Shown in pieces: positions 1-4,711 of a DNA stretch of 4,711 nucleotides (within the stretch, counting starts at the first letter, position 1; each line of letters starts with the position of its first letter). Source of the stretch: a virus. Its lineage: Duplodnaviria; Heunggongvirae; Uroviricota; Caudoviricetes. The position numbers and the translations under genes were made by a program. The notes beneath the pieces were generated by a model. The model did no database searches. It was not told the DNA's origin and was given only the letters and a program-made list of their open reading frames with translations. The DNA lies in the IMG/VR virus record IMGVR_UViG_2547132270_000004, positions 1 to 4,711 of that record. One strand, 5' to 3'.

Positions 1-19
1 GCATCACAAAATTCACTTT

Positions 20-61
20 AAAAAGGGCGGCAGAGCAGTCACGGAGTAAAACTGATACCGC
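20..61 (-). terminator. Rho-independent terminator forming the 3' end of DicF
   Basis: On the minus strand GGCGG (61-57) pairs with CCGCC (29-25) around an imperfect extended stem, followed directly by a TTTTT run (24-20). Confidence 0.55.
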
Positions 62-77
62 CAAACGCCACCAGAAA
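25..77 (-). ncRNA. dicF: DicF small regulatory RNA (ftsZ-targeting sRNA of the dic division-inhibition operon)
   Basis: Minus strand reads TTTCTGGTGGCGTTTGGCGGTATCAGTTTTACTCCGTGACTGCTCTGCCGCCC followed by TTTTT. This is 53 nt and matches my recollection of E. coli K-12 DicF at all but one position (G for A at the 10th nt). It lies at the distal end of the minus-strand operon downstream of the DicA-like repressor, as in Qin. Identity is from memory, not a search. Confidence 0.8.
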
Positions 78-413
78 ATTGATAACAGAGGGCGTTGTAG
101 CGGGGTTGTCACTTAAGCGTATGGTCAACCTGACAACCCGGTGTCCTCAACGGGGAAGGAATAACCCCGCCATACTTACCGCCGCGCCATTTCGCGGAGT
201 GCCACAACCGGAAGCGCACGGTCGAATTAAATTTAACGACACCGTACAGAGAGACCAATTTCGCCGTGTGCTTTCGCGTTATGCCCTGGCTTTTCAGGGA
301 TATATCCTTTCAGTAAACTGTCAGTACCGGATTCTTATCCGTGTCCGGCGCACGACCACACGTGACAGCGTGTTGGTCTCCATTTTTAACCCAGAACCTC
401 AATGGAGGATAAA

Positions 414-623
414 ATGCCAAACAAAAAAAGAAATCCGCTTATTGAAAAACAGATTGAATGCCTTGTAAATCAACTCAGGCAATCAGGGTTATTAAAAACT
501 CATTCAGAGTTGAGGCTCACAGAATCAGCATTCGACGATAAATTAAATAATGTCCTTTATAATGGCATTATTGATTTTAATCGTTCTGTTGGTCGCCGCG
601 GCCCTGCTGGTGTTTCCTTATAA
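414..623 (+). CDS. Hypothetical small protein (69 aa), convergent with the minus-strand operon
   Basis: ATG at 414 has a perfect GGAGG (404-408) 5 nt upstream; the ORF-track start at 402 has no RBS. Open frame to TAA 621-623. No recognisable domain. The C-terminal third overlaps an alternative-frame hydrophobic ORF, so the true coding frame is uncertain. Confidence 0.4.
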   Translation: MPNKKRNPLIEKQIECLVNQLRQSGLLKTHSELRLTESAFDDKLNNVLYNGIIDFNRSVGRRGPAGVSL

Positions 624-1262
624 TTACCAGTCAATCCAGAGCGGACCGTGTTCAGCGTAAATATAACTGTACACATCCAGATTATATTTGTGGTCTGTTA
701 AGAACAGGCCGCAAATACATGCCGAAGCTTCAAGGGCAGCGGCTCTGTTACTGAATAACCATGTAGCAACATTCCAGCGTTTTTCTGCATCCCAGTCTTT
801 CTCAAGGCCTGATACCATGAAGAAACCGTTAGTGTTGCCATCAAATAATTCTGTTTCCAGATTTTTAAGCAATGCCTGATGGACTCTTGCCAGGTATTCC
901 GCCGGAATTTTGCCACGAATTCTGATGAGATTGTCATAAACAAACATGTTCCCCGCATATGGCGATTTTTCTTTCTTGTTTTTTAAACCAGCATCATGAG
1001 CAAACTGATCAATTTCTTCTTCCGTTGGTTTCGTATTGATGTTTTGCGCTGTCGTTTCTGCAATTTTATTTGCCACACTCTCTGAGTCGTGTTTATTTAT
1101 AGACGCACAGAAATACAATCCGGTAAACGCATCGCGCACATTACGAGCTATATTATCAGTGTCTTTTTTCGTTACCGATTCCAATGCAAGTTCGTTCAGA
1201 CGATGACGAAGTGTATGTGCTGCAATCTCCTGGATTGAAGTAGGTAAATCTTTAAATTCCAT
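624..1262 (-). CDS. Hypothetical protein (212 aa), unrecognised cargo gene in the repressor-controlled operon
   Basis: Long minus-strand ORF (216 codons in the track). Preferred start is the internal ATG at 1260-1262, preceded by GAGG with a 6-nt spacer (minus strand TGATGAGGTTGACGATGG). The alternative ATG at 1272-1274 overlaps the upstream stop (TGATG). Predicted soluble and acidic, with no motif I recognise. Confidence 0.75.
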   Translation of the reverse strand: MEFKDLPTSIQEIAAHTLRHRLNELALESVTKKDTDNIARNVRDAFTGLYFCASINKHDSESVANKIAETTAQNINTKPTEEEIDQFAHDAGLKNKKEKSPYAGNMFVYDNLIRIRGKIPAEYLARVHQALLKNLETELFDGNTNGFFMVSGLEKDWDAEKRWNVATWLFSNRAAALEASACICGLFLTDHKYNLDVYSYIYAEHGPLWIDW

Positions 1263-1273
1263 CGTCAACCTCA

Positions 1274-1426
1274 TCAGTCAGAGTTTCTTGCTAACCAGCG
1301 ATGCGCGCCAGCTTCGGTTTTAAACGTTTTACTTTTGGTATACGTCATCGCGGTGAACGTGCCGTCCTGGTTGGGAAACACGTCGTACACCAGAGATTCG
1401 TTGTTGCCAAGATCGATAGTATCCAT
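1274..1426 (-). CDS. ydfA: Small protein (50 aa), YdfA-like (DUF1391-type) directly downstream of the dicA-like repressor
   Basis: The track ORF 1274..1519 has no RBS at its first ATG. The internal ATG at 1424-1426 is preceded by GGGGAAATGAGG (SD GAGG, 5-nt spacer). Size (50 aa) and position match ydfA (51 aa) of Qin and ydaF of Rac. The family assignment rests on synteny and size, not on verified sequence identity. Confidence 0.6.
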   Translation of the reverse strand: MDTIDLGNNESLVYDVFPNQDGTFTAMTYTKSKTFKTEAGAHRWLARNSD

Positions 1427-1503
1427 GCTGACCTCATTTCCCCTTAACGCCGGGGTAGCGGAACTGTTTGCTGAGAACACCGTGCGGTGTCTTGATGAAT
1501 GAT

Positions 1504-1555
1504 AATTTAGTTTTCTCATGTTAATTGGTCAAGTATTTTTGATGAGAAAACTCAA
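1504..1555 (-). promoter_or_regulatory. Putative sigma70 promoter of the early-left (dicB-type) operon with two flanking operator-like sites
   Basis: Minus strand: -35 TTGACC (1532-1527), 17-nt spacer, -10 TAAATT (1509-1504). Operator-like TGAGAAAACTCA at 1543-1554 sits just upstream of the -35. An 11/12 copy TGAGAAAACTAA (minus strand, 1518-1507) overlaps the spacer and -10. Confidence 0.45.
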
Positions 1556-1560
1556 TATTT

Positions 1561-1599
1561 AATGCAAAATAAAGCCAATACATTGAAATGTAAGGCTTT
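1561..1599 (-). terminator. Weak AT-rich hairpin plus T-tract downstream of the repressor gene (possible attenuator or terminator)
   Basis: Minus strand AAAGCC (1599-1594) and GGCTTT (1576-1571) form a stem, with an inner ACATT/AATGT pairing, followed by ATTTTGCATT (1570-1561). The stem is AT-rich, so termination efficiency is doubtful. Confidence 0.25.
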
Positions 1600-1616
1600 A
1601 AAATTTGTGAAGGGAG

Positions 1617-2024
1617 TTATTGATGTTTGTTACGTTTGCGAGCTTCTAGTAGCTCGGTGAATAGGCGATTAAAATTCTCAACGCGGGCACGGAGTTCGCT
1701 GATTTGTGCTTGCTGCTCTGATTTTGGAAGTGCGCGATACAATCGCAACATCTCCAACTCATCTTCCGATAAGTCTAAGGCGCTGTTGAGTGCAACTGGT
1801 GGATCTGGTGTTTTATCCTCGTCACCAAACAGTATCCAAGTTGGTGAACATTGCAATACCTCAGCCAGGCGATGCAAATTTTGCCCACGCGGGGCTGTAT
1901 GGTCGCTTTCCCATAGTGAAATTGATGAGCCAGATACGCCAGCAGCTTTGCTTAAATCGTTTTGACTTAAACCAACCTGTTTGCGTCTTTCTCTAATTCG
2001 TTGACCTAAAGTTTTCTCGTTCAT
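1617..2024 (-). CDS. dicA: DicA-like HTH (XRE/Cro-C1 family) prophage repressor, 135 aa
   Basis: N-terminal HTH (QRIRERRKQVGLSQNDLSKAAGVSGSSISLWES) and the motif LQCSPTWILFGDEDK, which I associate with DicA/RacR-family repressors. Start chosen at the ATG at 2022-2024 (MNEKTLGQ...), giving 135 aa as in K-12 DicA. The track start at 2075 would add 17 residues and leave no room for the divergent promoter. Confidence 0.85.
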   Translation of the reverse strand: MNEKTLGQRIRERRKQVGLSQNDLSKAAGVSGSSISLWESDHTAPRGQNLHRLAEVLQCSPTWILFGDEDKTPDPPVALNSALDLSEDELEMLRLYRALPKSEQQAQISELRARVENFNRLFTELLEARKRNKHQ

Positions 2025-2045
2025 ATTTAGATATCTTAATAACCC

Positions 2046-2088
2046 TTGACTTGAGATTCCTTGAGTGATTACCATTGAGAAAACTCAA
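2046..2088 (+). promoter_or_regulatory. Putative promoter of the cro-like gene with an overlapping inverted-repeat operator
   Basis: -35 TTGACT (2046-2051), 18-nt spacer, -10 TACCAT (2070-2075). The 14-bp inverted repeat TTGAG-AAAA-CTCAA (2075-2088) overlaps the -10 and the predicted +1. Extra TTGAG half-sites occur at 2051-2055 and 2061-2065. SD GGAGGGG (2093-2099) precedes the ATG at 2102. Confidence 0.45.
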
Positions 2089-2101
2089 TTTTGGAGGGGC
2101 G

Positions 2102-2329
2102 ATGTTTAAATCAGACGTAATTAATTTTTATGGGACGAAAGCCAAAGTAGCGAAAGCTGCTGGTGTTGATCCATCTGCTGTTTCTCAATGGGGGGCACTG
2201 GTTCCTGAAGGTCGCGCGATGCGCCTGCAAGAGGCATCCGGCGGGGAACTTCAGTACGACCCCAAAGTTTATGACGAATATCGTAAGGCAAAGCGGGCGG
2301 GGCGGCTGAACAATGAAAATCACCCCTGA
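2102..2329 (+). CDS. dicC: Cro-like HTH regulator (DicC/YdaS family), 75 aa
   Basis: Divergent from the repressor gene. ATG at 2102 follows a strong SD GGAGGGG; the track start at 2075 is a TTG lying inside the operator. HTH-like segment GTKAKVAKAAGVDPSAVSQW. Size matches DicC (76 aa). Confidence 0.8.
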   Translation: MFKSDVINFYGTKAKVAKAAGVDPSAVSQWGALVPEGRAMRLQEASGGELQYDPKVYDEYRKAKRAGRLNNENHP

Positions 2330-2834
2330 ACAGGTTTGTGAGGCTCTGGATGCCTGGGTATGCCGACCAGGAATGACACAGGAGCAGGCGACGATATTAA
2401 TCACGGAAGCATTCTGGGCTCTGAAAGAACGCCCGAACATCGATGTTCAACGCGTCACGTTTGATGATGGCGCGGTTGATCAACGGGCGCTGGGCGTCAA
2501 CCGGGTGAAGATATTCGAACGCTGGAAAGCTATTGATACCAGGGATAAGCGGGAAAAATTCACGGCGCTGATTCCGGCAATTATGGAGGCTATCCGGATA
2601 AGTGATTTCAGGTTGTATCGTGAAATTACTGACGGAAAAAGCATTACATACATGATCGCCGGGTTAAACAAAGAATATGGCGACGTGGTGGAGTCAGGTC
2701 TGCTTTTTGCAGATCCGGCTGTTGTGGATCGTGAAACCGACGAACTTATAGAAAAAGCCATTGCTTTCAAGCGTGCGTATCGTCAGCAATATCAACAAAA
2801 AGCCGGATGGAATTATGAGTCTTCTGTTTGCTGA
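2313..2834 (+). CDS. cII-position regulatory protein (173 aa), possibly YdaT-like CII functional equivalent
   Basis: ORF overlaps the cro-like gene by 17 nt (2313-2329) and sits where lambdoid phages carry cII. It shows no resemblance to lambda CII itself. The YdaT-family assignment is by synteny and vague recollection only. Confidence 0.75.
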   Translation: MKITPEQVCEALDAWVCRPGMTQEQATILITEAFWALKERPNIDVQRVTFDDGAVDQRALGVNRVKIFERWKAIDTRDKREKFTALIPAIMEAIRISDFRLYREITDGKSITYMIAGLNKEYGDVVESGLLFADPAVVDRETDELIEKAIAFKRAYRQQYQQKAGWNYESSVC

Positions 2835-3780
2835 ACGCCCACTGGTTATTAACACGCAGCTGGCGATGAAAATTGGCCTGAATGAAGCCATTGTACTGCA
2901 GCAGCTGCATTACTGGTTGAGAGATACTAATTCCGGCATGGAATGTAACGGGGTTCGCTGGATTTATAACACAACAGAACAATGGCTGGAACAGTTCCCG
3001 TTCTGGTCAGAGTCAACGTTAAAACGCGCATTTGCAAGTCTGAAAACGCTGGGGCTTTTGCGTTGCGAAAAGCTCAACAAATCAAAGCGTGACATGACTA
3101 ATTTTTACACGATTAATTACGAGAGTGAGCTTTTAGATGGTGGCAAAGTGAGCGAATCCATCAGGTCAAAATGCGCCGCTCCATCAGGTCAAAATGACAC
3201 GATGGAAGAGGTCAAAATGGCACGCTCCATTGGTTCAAAACGACCCAATGTCATCGGGTCAAAATGGCCTGATGATCTTACAGAGAATACAACAGAGAAT
3301 ACAACAGAGAATAAAAACACTTCTCGTCCGGAAGCTTCGCAACCGGACCCGCAGACGGCTGAACAGGATTTTTTAATCCGACACCCTGATGCGGTTGTGT
3401 TCAGTGCGAAAAAACGCCAGTGGGGAAGTCAGGAAGATTTGGCGTGCGCACAGTGGATCTGGGGACGAATCGTGAGTCTTTACGAGCAGGCGGCCAGCGA
3501 TGATGGCGAGATCACGAGACCGAAAGAACCCAACTGGACAGCATGGGCCAATGACGTGCGCACAATGCGGATGCTGGATGGCAGAACTCACAGACAAATT
3601 TGCGAAATGTTTGGGCGGGTACAGCGGGATCCATTCTGGGTAAAAAACATCATGAGTCCGTCAAAGCTCCGCGAAAAATGGGACGAACTGGTCATCCGCC
3701 TGGGGCGTTCATCTGTACAGCGTTGTGTGAATCATATTTCTGAACCGGACACCGAAATTCCGCCGGGGTTCAGGGGGTAA
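2815..3780 (+). CDS. Phage replication initiator / replisome organizer (lambda O-like), 321 aa, with internal iterons
   Basis: ATG at 2815 is chosen over the track's TTG at 2761; it overlaps the upstream gene's stop by 20 nt. The N-terminal domain has the look of a replisome-organizer DNA-binding domain. The central low-complexity linker is encoded by the iteron array and tandem repeats. It lies immediately upstream of the DnaC-like loader. Confidence 0.85.
   Translation: MSLLFAERPLVINTQLAMKIGLNEAIVLQQLHYWLRDTNSGMECNGVRWIYNTTEQWLEQFPFWSESTLKRAFASLKTLGLLRCEKLNKSKRDMTNFYTINYESELLDGGKVSESIRSKCAAPSGQNDTMEEVKMARSIGSKRPNVIGSKWPDDLTENTTENTTENKNTSRPEASQPDPQTAEQDFLIRHPDAVVFSAKKRQWGSQEDLACAQWIWGRIVSLYEQAASDDGEITRPKEPNWTAWANDVRTMRMLDGRTHRQICEMFGRVQRDPFWVKNIMSPSKLREKWDELVIRLGRSSVQRCVNHISEPDTEIPPGFRG
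3157..3266. repeat. Iteron array (five direct repeats, about 23-bp phasing): putative phage origin of replication inside the initiator gene
   Basis: Core GGTCAAAATG occurs at 3164-3173, 3187-3196, 3210-3219 and 3257-3266, with a variant GGTTCAAAACG at 3232-3242. Extended consensus is about TCCATCAGGTCAAAATG. The arrangement is analogous to ori-lambda within gene O. Confidence 0.6.
3280..3315. repeat. 12-bp tandem repeat ACAGAGAATACA, 2.9 copies, A-rich, encoding TENTTENTTEN
   Basis: Two perfect copies (3280-3291, 3292-3303) and an 11/12 third copy (3304-3315), immediately downstream of the iterons. Confidence 0.7.
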
Positions 3781-3786
3781 CGAACC

Positions 3787-4533
3787 ATGAAAAATATTGC
3801 GACAGGCGGCGTTCTGGAACGTATCCGCAGACTGACCCCGCCACATGTAACCGCCCCATTCAGAACGGTAGCGGAGTGGCGCGAGTGGCAGCTTGCTGAA
3901 GGCCAGAAGCGTAGCGAGGAGATCAACCGCCTGAATCGCCAGTTGCGGGTGGAAAAAATTCTGAATCGCTCAGGCATCCAGCCGTTGCACCGTAAATGCT
4001 CGTTTGCGAATTACCATGTACAGAACGACGGCCAGCGATACGCGTTAAGTCAGGCGAAATCCATCGCTGATGAACTGATGGCCGGATGCACAAATTTCGC
4101 GTTCAGCGGAAAACCTGGTACCGGAAAAAACCATCTGGCGGCGGCTATCGGAAATCGCCTGCTGAAAGACGGCCAGACAGTGATAGTGGTTACTGTGGCT
4201 GATGTTATGAGTGCCCTGCACGCCAGCTATGACGACGGGCAGTCAGGCGAAAAATTTTTGCGGGAACTGTGCGAAGTGGATCTGCTGGTTCTTGATGAAA
4301 TTGGCATTCAGCGTGAGACGAAAAACGAGCAGGTGGTGCTGCATCAGATTGTTGATCGCCGGACAGCATCGATGCGCAGTATGGGGATGCTGACAAACCT
4401 GAACTATGAGGCCATGAAAACGTTGCTCGGCGAGAGGATTATGGATCGCATGACCATGAACGGTGGGCGCTGGGTGACTTTTAACTGGGAAAGCTGGCGC
4501 CAGAATGTCGTCCAGCCAGGAATCACGAAGTAA
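3787..4533 (+). CDS. dnaC: DnaC-family AAA+ replicative helicase loader (prophage DnaC paralog), 248 aa
   Basis: Walker [18 protein letters not shown] and Walker [10 protein letters not shown]. Collinear similarity to E. coli DnaC along the whole length (MKN..., [33 protein letters not shown]). RBS GGGGG at 3772-3776. Confidence 0.95.
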   Translation: MKNIATGGVLERIRRLTPPHVTAPFRTVAEWREWQLAEGQKRSEEINRLNRQLRVEKILNRSGIQPLHRKCSFANYHVQNDGQRYALSQAKSIADELMAGCTNFAFSGKPGTGKNHLAAAIGNRLLKDGQTVIVVTVADVMSALHASYDDGQSGEKFLRELCEVDLLVLDEIGIQRETKNEQVVLHQIVDRRTASMRSMGMLTNLNYEAMKTLLGERIMDRMTMNGGRWVTFNWESWRQNVVQPGITK

Positions 4534-4555
4534 TTTTTACCAGGAGAAAAATTTA

Positions 4556-4711
4556 ATGGAGACTGTTTTTGACGCACTGAAAGCAATGGGAAAAGCCACA
4601 TCCATAGAACTTGCGGCGCGACTTGATGTCAGTCGTGAAGAAGTGCTTAACGAACTATGGGAACTGAAAAAGGCTGGCTTTGTTGATAAAAGCGCGTACA
4701 CCTGGCGTGTG
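4556..4711 (+). CDS. Partial small ORF (5' part, 52 codons, runs off the window), possible winged-helix protein
   Basis: ATG at 4556 with GGAG (4543-4546) upstream; open to the window end. Translation begins [52 protein letters not shown]. It occupies the slot after the helicase-loader gene. Confidence 0.5.
   Translation, partial: METVFDALKAMGKATSIELAARLDVSREEVLNELWELKKAGFVDKSAYTWRV

Noticed and set aside
215-240. tRNA-like T-loop fragment (GGTCGAATT)
   Set aside because: It is only a partial match to the GTTCGAATC T-loop consensus, and no acceptor or anticodon stems can be drawn around it.
112-309. 66-codon open frame on the minus strand (operon strand) upstream of DicF
   Set aside because: It has no ATG start, only TTG or GTG candidates giving 49 codons or fewer, and its translation is not protein-like. 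It may be a decayed ydfC remnant, but it is not supportable as a CDS.
79-468. 129-aa plus-strand ORF from the six-frame track
   Set aside because: The translation is arginine-rich and low-complexity with no RBS at its start. It begins directly at the DicF 5' end and overlaps the better-supported 414 start, so it is most likely a chance open frame over structured noncoding DNA.
688-958. Plus-strand ORF 688..879 and minus-strand ORF 698..958, both nested in the 212-aa gene
   Set aside because: Both lie entirely inside the longer, RBS-supported 624-1262 gene in alternative frames. They are shadow ORFs.
1426-1519. N-terminal extension of the YdfA-like ORF to 81 aa
   Set aside because: The upstream ATG has no Shine-Dalgarno and the extension would cover the predicted promoter and operator. 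The internal ATG has a strong GAGG RBS and gives the family-typical size of about 50 aa.
1627-1996. Plus-strand ORFs 1627..1965 and 1790..1996 antisense to the repressor gene
   Set aside because: They are fully contained within the well-supported DicA-like CDS on the opposite strand, with serine/cysteine-rich translations typical of antisense shadow frames.
2025-2075. Repressor start at 2075 (track) and cro-like TTG start at 2075
   Set aside because: Both would overlap the divergent promoter and operator and lack RBSs. The internal ATGs at 2022-2024 and 2102 fit the RBS and length expectations.
2111-2982. Minus-strand ORFs 2111..2440, 2480..2770, 2694..2891 and 2767..2982
   Set aside because: All are antisense to the continuous plus-strand gene series (cro-like, cII-position, initiator), with no RBS and implausible translations.
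3157-3266. CRISPR array as an explanation for the direct repeats
   Set aside because: The repeats are about 17 bp at 23-bp phasing with almost no spacer, are not of CRISPR length or organisation, and lie inside a replication-initiator gene. Iterons explain them better.
3194-3977. ORFs 3194..3376 (+), 3373..3597 (-) and 3732..3977 (-)
   Set aside because: These are shadow frames inside or antisense to the initiator and DnaC-like genes. The 3194 ORF translation (QQRIQQRI...) is simply the tandem repeat read out of frame.
4205-4601. ORFs 4205..4396 (-), 4211..4393 (+) and 4404..4601 (-)
   Set aside because: They are nested in or antisense to the DnaC-like CDS, which has unambiguous Walker motifs. 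No independent support.
1-4711. Insertion sequence, transposase or integrase
   Set aside because: No transposase- or integrase-like ORF and no terminal inverted repeats were seen. The window is internal to the prophage regulatory and replication region.

Overview
This window reads as the immunity and replication core of a lambdoid, dic/Qin-type prophage of an enterobacterium. All calls rest on reading the sequence and on recalled family knowledge; no searches were run. Left to right: a DicF sRNA with its intrinsic terminator on the minus strand (25-77), a ~340 bp structured stretch with no convincing ORF, a plus-strand small ORF with a perfect Shine-Dalgarno (414-623) overlapped by a hydrophobic mini-ORF (550-660), then a minus-strand operon of an unrecognised 212-aa protein (624-1262) and a 50-aa YdfA-like protein (1274-1426). 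A DicA-like repressor (1617-2024, minus) faces a DicC/Cro-like gene (2102-2329), followed by a cII-position 173-aa protein, an O-like replication initiator carrying an internal iteron array (putative origin), a DnaC-family helicase loader, and a partial small ORF at the right edge. The most likely candidates for something undescribed are the 212-aa gene in the repressor-controlled operon and the antisense small ORF / membrane peptide pair beside it. A repeated TGAG-AAAA-CTCA operator-like motif sits at both promoter regions.
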